This document shows positions 36,426 to 45,975 of a stretch of DNA of 64,000 nucleotides, in pieces. This DNA comes from Scyliorhinus canicula (lineage: Eukaryota): positions 137,806,737-137,870,736 of the forward strand of contig NC_052160.1 in NCBI RefSeq assembly GCF_902713615.1. The letters run 5' to 3'. The number at the start of each line of letters is the position of its first letter. Positions within the stretch are counted from its first letter, which is position 1. The translations under genes were made by a program, and so were the position numbers. Below the pieces are notes generated by a model. That model was not told the DNA's origin, made no database searches, and saw only the letters and a list, made by a program, of their open reading frames with translations.

Positions 36426-36519
36426 CCGAATCACTCCCCCAAGCTTAAAGAAGCTGATAATTGCAATATAAAGTTAATGTGAGGATGATTTTTGAATTTT
36501 AAATCGGAGTAATAAATAC

Positions 36520-36900
36520 AAAGTGAGGAGTTATGTTAACCCTTCACTACTCACTGGTTAGGTACTGTGTTCAACTCTGGGCAACACACTTGAGGGAGGA
36601 GGTCAAGCCCCTGGCGAGGGCACAGGGCAGATTTACCAGGATGATACCAGGGATGTGGCAGTTTGGATTTGTGGGCAGATTGGAGAAATTGGGATTATTG
36701 TCCTTAGAGCAGAAAAGATAAAAGGGAAAAAAGTATTGAAATTGAGGAAGGGTCTCATGCAGCAGGTGGAGAGTAATTATTTCCTCTGCTGGTGGATTGG
36801 TAACAAGAGATCATAGAGTTAAAATAGTTGGGAGAAAAAACAGTGGGTAAATGAGGAGACGTTATTTCACACATTAGGCTGTTACCATCTGGAAAACACC
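36520..36900 (+). mobile_element. Ancient CR1 3' remnant shared by intron 1 of genes 2 and 3
   Basis: [31 protein letters not shown]; paralog at ~58625-59020. Confidence 0.7.
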
Positions 36901-37198
36901 AACTGGAATAATCATGGAATGTGATTCCAGAGGAACTTTCCAAAGGCTGATGGACATACATTTGAAGGGGACCAATGTGCAGGGTTTCGGGGGGAGGGGC
37001 TGGGGTGTGGGATTAAATTGGACAATAAATGTTCTAAGAGCTGGCACAGACATGACGGGCCGAATGGCCTCCTTCTCTGCTTTAAGGTTCTTGAGACCGG
37101 TCCCACTCAGGATTTGTGTGTGTCCCCTTGTGAAAGGATTGTCTAAAATTGATTGTTGGGATATTTCCAGCTTTCTTAAAACATGTTTCACCCAACAG

Positions 37199-37528
37199 CT
37201 TCACAGACACAGACGGCTCCGATAGTGATGAGAGCTGCAGTGGGAGAAACCATCACAGTGGGATGTCTACAGGGAGAAAGGTACAAAGGAAACTCTGCAA
37301 TCTGGTGGTGCAGGACAACTTCGGGAACTCGGTGCAATCATATATCGAGCATTGATGGGCACAAAGTCAGAAATGATTATCGAGGAACATCAATTGCTAA
37401 TACAAATGGCAAGATTTCGGTAACCATACGACACCTTCAAGAGATAGAAACAGGAGCATACTGCTGTGGACTAGAAGATACCAGCTCATTCAATATTTCA
37501 GATGTTATATTGCTGAAGGTTTTCACAG
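37199..37528 (+). CDS. Gene 2 exon: Ig V-type domain 1
   Basis: 330-nt phase 1-1 exon (caacAG / GTaaga), open; IWWC-x7-C; ETGAYCC in place of DTGTYWC. Confidence 0.85.
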
Positions 37529-37699
37529 GTAAGAATGTTTCAGAAGATTGATTCTAGCGTTGATAATGTGGTTGGGCTGCAGTAACACTGCTGCTGTGTG
37601 AGCTCAGACTATGAAAGGATTATCACAGTTCCTTATGTGCAAGTAAAGGCCTCCCATCCTCCCATTTCTATCCATTTCCATTAACCTCTCTAAACATAG

Positions 37700-38815
37700 G
37701 ATAAAAGCAAATTACTGCGGATGCTGGAATCTGAAACGAAAGAGAAAATGCTGGAAAATCTCAGCAGGTCTGGCAGCATCTGTAGGGAGAGAAAAGAGCA
37801 AACGTTTCGAGTCCGATGACTCTTTGTCAAAGCTAAAAGACAGAGAAAGTGGGAAATATTTATACTGTGGAGTGAGAATGAAAGATGAGCCACAGCTACA
37901 GAAACCGAGGGAAACTGGGTGCTAATAGCCACAGAAACCAAGGGGAAAGATGGCAGTCCACAGAGAGAACAAAAGGTGTGAAAGGCCAAACAGCAGAAAA
38001 ACTAACATCAGAGGCTAAACTGTGACAGATGGAGATGTGGGGGGGATGGGAAGGGGGAAGCAAAGGGGAGAAGGGATAAGGAAAGGTTGATAAGATGGGG
38101 CGGGGAGTTAAATATATATTAGGAAAGACAAGAAAGAAAGAAATGGTAAGAGATAGTTGAAATGAAATGGGATGAAAAGCATAATCCTCCGCCATTTTTG
38201 CCATCTCCAGCGTGATGCCACCACCAAGCACGTCTTCCCTTCACTCCCTCTGTCAGCGTTCCGCAGAGACCGTTCGCTCCGAGATAATCTGGCCCACTCC
38301 TCCACCCAACACCTCTCCCATCACCCATGGCACCTTCCCATGCAATCGCAGGAGGTGTAACACCTGCCCCTTTACCTCTTCCATGCTTAACATCCCAGGC
38401 CCAAAACACTCATTCCAGGTTAAGCAGCGTTTCACTTGCATCTCTTCCAATTTGGTCTACTGCATTCGCTGCTCCCAATGTGGTCTCCTCTATATCGGAG
38501 AGACTAAACGCAGCCTGGGTGATCGCTTTGCTGAGTATCTTCGGTCTGTGCGTATTCAGGACCCTGACCTTCCCGTTGCATGCCATTTTAACACAAGACC
38601 CTGCTCCCATGCCCACATGTCTGTCCTTGGCCTGCGGCAATGTTCCAGTGAAGCTCAATGCAAACTGGAGGAACAGCATCTCATCTTCCGGTTAGGCACG
38701 CTACAGCCTTCTGGTCTCAACAACGAATTCAACAACTTCAGATGATTAGCTCTACCCCACCTCGACCCATTTTGTTTTCATCCCATTTCATTTCACCTGT
38801 CTCGTAACATTTCTG
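37700..38815. mobile_element. Penelope-like element fragment with inverted pseudo-LTR
   Basis: ORF 38212-38745 encodes a GIY-YIG endonuclease (CNRRRCNTC...VYCIRC...LYIGET...PVACHF...GLN); 37700-38180 is the inverted terminal repeat (TTTTCATCCCATTTCATTTCA shared with ~38775). Confidence 0.88.
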
Positions 38816-38834
38816 TCTCACACCATTTCTTGTT

Positions 38835-38955
38835 AGGTGAATTGGACATTCTGAATTCTCCCTCTGTGTACCCGAACAGGCACCAGAATGTGGTGACTAG
38901 GGGATTTTCACAGTAACTTGATTGCAGTGTTAATGTAAGCCGACTTGTGACAATA
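38835..38955 (+). mobile_element. SINE 3' fragment
   Basis: Tail matches the 40195-40500 SINE. Confidence 0.6.
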
Positions 38956-40008
38956 AGGATTAATTTATTAATAAATTAATCAATATTAAAGATGGGTGCC
39001 AGTGGTGTGGGAACCTTGTCAGCAATAGGGTGGGGGTGAGGGGCCTTGCCAGTGGTCCTGGGTGGGGGGAGGTGGGGGTCTTGCCAGCGATTTGTGAGGG
39101 AGCTGCATCAATATTGTGAAATGGGGGGGGCGCCGAATACCTGTCAGAGAGATTAGGCCCCACCCCTCTCAAGCCCAAAGTATGGGTGGCATGTTGGCAC
39201 AGTGGTGGCTCAGCTCCAGGGATCTGGGCCCATTTCTGGCCTCAGGAGACAGTCTGTGCGGAGTTTGCACGTTGTCCCCAATGGGCTGAATGGCTTCCTT
39301 CTGCACTGTAATTTCTATGGTACTATGTAAAGCCCAATCCTGTGAATAAAACATTCTAAATCCCATTCAATGGTTTTCCTGCTGGAAAGATTCTGGGGTT
39401 TTTAAACAGGAGAATTATGGCCCATATTTCTGAATTTCTATTCCTTCAATCAGCCGAAATCTGAGCTAACTTTAGAGGAAGCAGCTTCTATATTAACATA
39501 TCTTTTTGAGCTAGTTTTTTATGTTTTTCCTCATAACTTACAACTAATACAGTACATCCCCTTGCCCCCCCCCCCCCCTGCCACCTCACCCCCGCTATCC
39601 CAGATTGCAGTATTTATCTTCCCCATCTGCCCCTCTGGAGTCATTTTCTGCCAACTGTCCCCCCCCCCCCCCCCCCCCCCCACACCCCCCCTCCCCCCCC
39701 GGCCCACACTCCTGGATTACATCAGGTTTCTTCCTTCATATTCCCCCCCTCCCCTTCTCCTCCTGCCTCCCTCTCCTCCACCCCCCCCCTCTTTGACTCT
39801 CCATCCCCCATTATCCGCCCATCTTTCCACCTTTTTTCCCTACTCATTCCCTCCCTGCCTTCTCTGTTGCTCCGTCTCTTCCCACCACCCTCCCAGCCCT
39901 GAGCACGCAGGTCGCAGGGAAGGCCGGAACTAGAAATGACCCAGGTGTCCAGCTCTACTGCACGTAGTGTACTGGACGTCAATGGGCCGGGGACAGGGGG
40001 GACAGGGG

Positions 40009-40043
<35 letters not shown>

Positions 40044-40194
40044 GACCATCAGAGATGCAGAGAAGAGATTGGCGAGATGGGGGTGGGGGAACAACCAGGC
40101 CACCGAGACTCACTCCTATTGTCCTGAGCCCTCATAATTTCTTCCCAGTTCGACAATTAATAGATTACTAAAATGGATTAAGTGCTGATGGGAT

Positions 40195-40500
40195 ATAATA
40201 ATAATAATCTTTATTATTGTCACAAGTAGGCTTACGATAACACTGCAATGAAGTTACAGTGAAAATTCCCCTAGTCGCCACATTCCGGCGCCTGTTCGGG
40301 TACAAGGAGGGAGAATTCAGAATGTCCAAATTCCCTAACAGCCCCTCTTTCGGGACTTGTGGGAGGAAAGCGGAGCACCCGGAGCACGCAGACACGGGGA
40401 GATCATGCAGACTCTGCACAGACAGTGACCCAAGCTGGGAATCGAACCTGGGACCCTGGCGTCATGAAGCCACTGTGCTAATCACTGTGCTACCGTGCTG
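40195..40500 (-). mobile_element. V-SINE with alternative tail and (TAA)n end
   Basis: tRNA head at 40440-40500, V-domain, tail ...CTTGTGACAATAATAAAGATTATTATT. Confidence 0.8.
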
Positions 40501-41157
40501 CTGACTTCCCACTTATTAATTAATAATAATAGTAACGCCTGCTGTCTTTCATCACATCTGACATCAAAGTTGGCAAAATACTGCTGACGGCATGAAAAAC
40601 CCTTCCCAAATTAGAACACGATGTCATTGAATCATAGAATTTACAGCGCAGAAGGAACATCTGACCATTTTCTTTAGTATAAAAGCAGTTCAGCAGTTAA
40701 TCTCAGACCCAATGGTTCTGGCGATGAAAACTGAAACTCCATTTGACCTACAAGTAACAAACTCACATTGTTTGTATATTTTTAGTGTTTATCCAAAGCG
40801 ATGCTCAGTTTGTGTCCAACAGGCCTGGAGTTGGGGTCCCTTCATCCACTTTAAAAATTCACCCGAACGTTCTGAGCAATTTCACTGCAGCTACAGAAAT
40901 AGAAATGGTTCACTAAACGTAGACCCACACACCTCTGAAATATTAAATTAAAGGTTTAGAACGAGCAGGAATTGAACGCAGGAGCCTTCAATGATTACAG
41001 TGCATGTTACACTATAATCCAGTCCGTACATTAAAAACAGAAAATATTTCTGACATTTTCAACATTTGGCTGGTTTATTATATTTTGAGCAATATAAAGA
41101 TGCTCAGTTTTTCAGCATTTTGAACTTTTATTGATTGTGTTTCTCATTTATCAACAG

Positions 41158-41484
41158 GTACATGGGAGCCAATTGTATCAGAGATCAGTGGTGTTGTGGG
41201 AAATGTCGCCACTGTACCATGTCTGTACACGGAGGAGGAGAAATTCTATAAGAAATTCCTGTGTAAAGTAACCTCTAGAAATAAATGCACCATTATTGCC
41301 AGCTCTGATGGGGCTGTAACCAATCTGCAAAATGGGAGTGTTTCAATCACTATTAATAATTCTCATAATTTTGCTGTTACCCTGGGCAACATTAATAAAG
41401 CCGATGAAGGAGAGTACTGGTGTGGAGCAGTGACAGTAAAGAACATAAAGATCGTCCAGGTAAAAAATCTGACAACTGCTGAAG
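41158..41484 (+). CDS. Gene 2 exon: Ig V-type domain 2
   Basis: 327-nt phase 1-1 exon (caacAG / GTatgg); 9 aa differences from gene 1 V2. Confidence 0.85.
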
Positions 41485-41924
41485 GTATGGTTCAATATAA
41501 AATTATTATCATTCAATCAGTGTTGAATTAAACTCACAAAACAATAACAATTGGTCAATGCTGAGTTCTTTATTTACACATTGCGGCCACCCTACTTCAT
41601 CTCAAACTTTCAGCCCATCCTTCTCTTACTTTCCCCCTCGCTAAGTTTAGCTCAATTTCCCCCGAAGAGCATCTATGAAATTTGTCACAATTACACCTTG
41701 TGGTACAGGTAGAACGTCTCAGATCCGCTGACCAAAAAAACAACAGTGTCCGTCCGCAAACCAGACATTTTTAGGATGCTCAAGGCACCAATTTTAACTG
41801 ATTGAAATTTTAAAAAACGCGCTGGACAACTCGGCTAGGTGCCACTTTGGCACGGTGTGGCTCCAGACTAGATACTGGCTTCACCATCCACTCTATCCGC
41901 CGCTCCATATGATCCTTACACCAG

Positions 41925-42063
41925 CTGACCCGGCCTCACATGAACCACCCGTGGCCTGGACTGCCCACCCTGCACCCCAGCAAGATCTGAAAGCCATGAC
42001 TGGATTGGAGGTACTGTCCCTAGTTCCACATTTAACAAGTTCCAGCTTCTATCAGCTCTCTGG
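41925..42063 (+). CDS. Gene 2 candidate stalk exon (uncertain)
   Basis: Paralog of 21218-21356, open, weaker donor GTatag. Confidence 0.3.
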
Positions 42064-42477
42064 GTATAGTGTCCAAAACTTTCACTAATACTACAAGAAA
42101 ATGTTGATATTAAAAATATGTTGAAAGTTTGTGCAATACCTCACAGATTATTGTCCTTCCAACACTATAAGCTCTTTGTGAAGGCCCCTCAGAATCTACC
42201 TTTTCCTCAGCTTTCGTGTCAGTCAAGGACAAAGACGTCCTCTCAAAAATCATTGTTCATTCATCCTGTGTTTGACTAACTGGCTTAAGAAAACGTAATC
42301 AGCAAGTGTTCAGGAAAAATGTAACATTTTCCTACCCTTCTGGCCACCCACTCCCACCATTTCGCTGCTCACAATACCCAGGTTCACTTTCCATAAATAC
42401 AGTACGTTAAAGATAATAATTGTGGTGGTTGGCAGTTATTCATCAAATTATTCATTCATGTTTATTTCTGACAATAG

Positions 42478-42508
42478 GAAGACCAAATGGTTCCAACGAT
42501 ACCTCAAG
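42478..42508 (+). CDS. Gene 2 31-nt stalk micro-exon
   Basis: aatAG / GTaaga, identical to 21614-21644. Confidence 0.7.
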
Positions 42509-42624
42509 GTAAGATTTTAATTTGCAACTTCTAAATATCAGTTTTGTGCCACCCTCATTGAAGCCACGGTTGTTAGATAATCCTGCTTTCCTCACAGGTC
42601 ATGATGAGCAACGTGATGTTATTA

Positions 42625-42798
42625 ACATAGAACATAGAACATAGAACAGTACAGCACAGAACAGGCCCTTCGGCCCTCAATGTTGTGCCGAGCCATGATC
42701 ACCCTACTCAAACCCACGTATCCACCCTATACCCGTAACCCAACAACCCCCCCCCCCTTAACCTTACTTTAATTAGGACACTACGGGCAATTTAGCAT
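42625..42798 (-). mobile_element. HE1 SINE 3' half
   Basis: (CATAGAA)n tail and CAGGCCCTTCGGCCC CR1-type 3' end; absent from gene 1. Confidence 0.8.
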
Positions 42799-43286
42799 AT
42801 AATCCTCGCAACCGCCATCTTGGTGCCATATATTTTCTCATAAGAGCATTTTGACCCAGAAAATGTGAAGGAACCATGATAATTTTCCAATTCAACTTAG
42901 TGTGGTAGTTGAAAAGGTGAATTTGAGGTGGTGCTGCTTTACCTGTTGGCCTTGTCTTTCCAACTGTGGATGGTCACAGGTTTGGAAGGTGTTACTGAAG
43001 AAACCTTAGAACACTGCTGTAATGCATCCTCAACAGAGAGATGCAGTCTCACCAGAACACAGCTCGTCTCTGCGCAATTCCTGTCAGAGATATTTTCCCT
43101 GTGTGTACAAAGCCCAAAACTCCGAGGTGTGATTACACTTTGAAAATCACCCCATAGCTTGTAAAAACTGTCACTCCGTTCATTATAATTTTGCAGAATT
43201 GTTTTGACATTATAGATGGTCATATTGCATAAACTGTGAGTTAAATTATTTTGTACTGTATTAATTATAATTCCTTGTTTAATCAG

Positions 43287-43393
43287 AGAGGTTCTGCTGA
43301 AGATATGGACTATATTCCGTTGGCTGCTCTTTGCGGCTATGGCTGTTTGCTCCGCTTCAGTCACATGCTACGCACATTTTGCAAAAGGGCCAG
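43287..43393 (+). CDS. Gene 2 transmembrane exon with TM arginine
   Basis: (R)EVLLKIWTIFRWLLFAAMAVCSASVTCYAHFAKGP, phase 2-1. Confidence 0.75.
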
Positions 43394-43770
43394 GTATAAA
43401 ATATGAAATCTATTTGCTCTAATATTTACAGATATTTTACTTCAGCCTAAAAGCTCAGGCACTTTGAAAGTTGCCAAGAAAAGCAACGCATAATCCACAA
43501 GAAAATAAGTTCTCCCTGTGAAATTTTAACAAGGGAGCCATTCGAGTGTGATAACAATGACCTTTGGGGTGAATTTTAAACTCGTTAACAGAAAGGATAA
43601 AAATGTTAGTTCATCAGGAGATTTCATTTTTACGCGGGAGCGCAAGGTGGGGAAAATTTAAGTCGGCAGTCAAGGCAAAGCACTGTTTAATTAAATTATT
43701 TATTTATAATGCATGCCTGTGTACAAAGGCGGCCTTGAACATGGGTAAAGGAGGATCAACAGTGCCCCTG

Positions 43771-43970
43771 AGGGCAGCACGGTGGCGCATTGAGTCCCAG
43801 GTTCGATCCCGGCTCTGGGTCACTGTACGTGTGGAGTTTGCACATTCTCCCCGTGTTTGCGTGGGTTTCGCCCCCACAACCCAAAGATGTGCAGGGTAGG
43901 TGAATTGGGCACACTAAATTGCCCCTTAATTGGAAAAAATGAATTGGGTACTCTAAATTTATTTTTTAAA
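43771..43970 (+). mobile_element. Short V-SINE with 13-bp TSD, specific to gene 2
   Basis: TSD AACAGTGCCCCTG at 43758-43770 and 43971-43983; empty site at ~26355 in gene 1. Confidence 0.9.
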
Positions 43971-44262
43971 AACAGTGCCCCTGGACCAGGCACAGCGTTG
44001 CATTGTATAATCTGGAACCCATGATGTGCCCCAGAGCTGTCGGCACCAGATGTAAAATAGAGAGCTTCCCCGAACCCAGGAAATTGGAGCGAGATCACAG
44101 TGCGAGGTTATGGCAAACAAACCTCAGCACTTACATCAGAATATCTCCATCCACACTCTCACCTATTTTATCACCAGTATCGCTTGAAGTATTTGACTTA
44201 CAGAAAAAAGTGAATCCATCCGTTTTCCTCATTCCGATTGTTTAAATTCATTTGTTATACAG

Positions 44263-44282
44263 TTCTGCAGGCCAGCAAATGA
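44263..44282 (+). CDS. Gene 2 probable terminal coding exon (VLQASK*)
   Basis: ttatacAG acceptor, TGA; completes an 855-nt spliced ORF. Confidence 0.5.
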
Positions 44283-44495
44283 TCGTTTCTGTGGAAACAT
44301 CAGCCAGAGAACACCAATGGGATCAGAGCTGCACTCGAAGACCGGCCAGAAGGTTGACTAATACCTACACGAATGACCAGAATATTTTCACCTTGCTTTT
44401 AGAAGTTACTTTCCCATATTGCAGTGTTTTATACTTTATGACAATCTGAAAAGCTTTGTAAAGTCTTCACAAATTGTGCGAGCTGCTTTGATTAT

Positions 44496-44501
44496 AATAA
44501 A
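44496..44501 (+). terminator. Gene 2 putative polyadenylation signal
   Basis: AATAAA, conserved with gene 1. Confidence 0.5.
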
Positions 44502-44680
44502 AACAACTAGATGATAAACTTTGTTGATTTTTTTTGACATTAAGGAGCAGTGGATGCCGGAACACTAAAGAAATTTGAGGAGGAGATAACCAGGTTTTTA
44601 ATTAGTGGTGGGATGAAGTATTATTGGAATGGGCAGGATGGTGGGAGATCAGGCCTGGACGAGATCAGCCAAGATTGTTA

Positions 44681-45025
44681 GGGAGGCGATGGTACAGTAG
44701 TGTTGTCATTAGACCAGTAATCCAGAGGTGCGGGATCCTAGTTCAAATCCCACCTTGGCAGATGGTGAAATTTCAATTCAATAAAAAAATCTGGAATGAA
44801 AAGTAGAATGATGACCATGAAACCATTGCCGATTGTCGTAAAAACCCATCTAGTTCACTAAGGTCCTTCAGGAAAGGGAATCAGCCGTCCTTACCGGTCT
44901 GGCCGAAATGTGACTCCAGATACACACAACAATCCTTCGCCCCTCAGTTCAAGGGCAATTAGGGATGGGTAACAAATGCTGGCCCAGCCCAGCGACGCCC
45001 ACATCCAAAGAGTGAATTTAAAAAA
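44681..45025 (+). mobile_element. Deu-domain SINE (paralog of 27022-27362)
   Basis: Same head, Deu core, tail and flanks. Confidence 0.75.
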
Positions 45026-45464
45026 GTATTGAATGGCGGAGCAGGGCCGAGGGTTTGAAATGCTGACTCCTGCTCCTGGTTCCTATAGTCTTACGTTTGT
45101 GTCCTTATAAGTAAAATGCGATTTCAGAAATTTTTATCTGAACCCAGAATTCATATTTAATGATATTACTAGGGAATTACTAAACCCAAGGTCACTCTGA
45201 GTTGGAAGGTTGTGAATGAGTTTTGTTGTCCAGCAGCTACAATAGCTGATCCTCTCGCTTCGGAATCTCTTTGTCCAGCCACATGACTTTTAAAGTTCTG
45301 CAAGAGGGAATTATTTTGTGCTCACCCAACAGGATTACTTCTCTTAATCCCTCATTCATGTGGCCAATTGTGAGTGTTCACACCCACCAGTCAAATGCTA
45401 GCTGTTTAATTCTTTCTAATTCAAGGAAGGTTAAGTGGGCTTTTTGCAAGAATTCCTAAATCCC

Positions 45465-45795
45465 ATAGATACATAGATGATAGGAGCAGGAGGAGGCCTT
45501 TTCGCCCTGCGAGCCTGCTCCGCCATTCATCACAATCATGGCTGATCATCCAACTCAATAGCCTAATCCTGCTTTCTCCCCATGGCCTTTGATCCCATTC
45601 TCCCCAAGTGCTTATCCAGCCACCTCTTGAATATATTCAATGTTTCAGCATCAACTACTTCCTGTGGTAATGAATTCCACAGGCTCACCACTCTTTGGGT
45701 GAAGAAGTGTCTCCTCATCTCTGTCCGAAATGATTTACCCTGAATCCTCAGGCTATGACCCCTGGTTCTGGACACACCCATCATTGGTAACATCT
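45465..45795 (-). mobile_element. CR1 3' fragment
   Basis: ORF 45563-45793 SRTRGHSLRIQGKSFRTEMRRHFFTQRVVSLWNSLP; CATAGA-type tail. Confidence 0.85.
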
Positions 45796-45975
45796 GAGGG
45801 TGGGGGGGTGGGGTGTGTGCAGAGTGCGCCCCCCCCCCCCCCCCGCAACAGCCTCCTGCCTTCCTGAGTACGAGGGGCTGAGGCCATGACTGCAGAACAA
45901 GTTAATGGAACCCTTCCCGCCACCTCCGTCAGCTTCCCACACAACTCCTGGGAGACATCAGGGGGTTTATAACGC

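Larger units (their letters stand above)
34728..36490 (-). repeat. Arm B of the inverted duplication, inside gene 2 intron 1
   Basis: Reverse complement of 27620-29140 plus an extra SINE at 34892-35103. Confidence 0.9.

Noticed and set aside
2393-44282. Calling the genes true PIGR or a named CD300 ortholog, or rearranging Ig/TCR V segments
   Set aside because: Orthology cannot be shown from motifs alone; no RSS heptamer/nonamer follows the V exons, which end in ordinary splice donors
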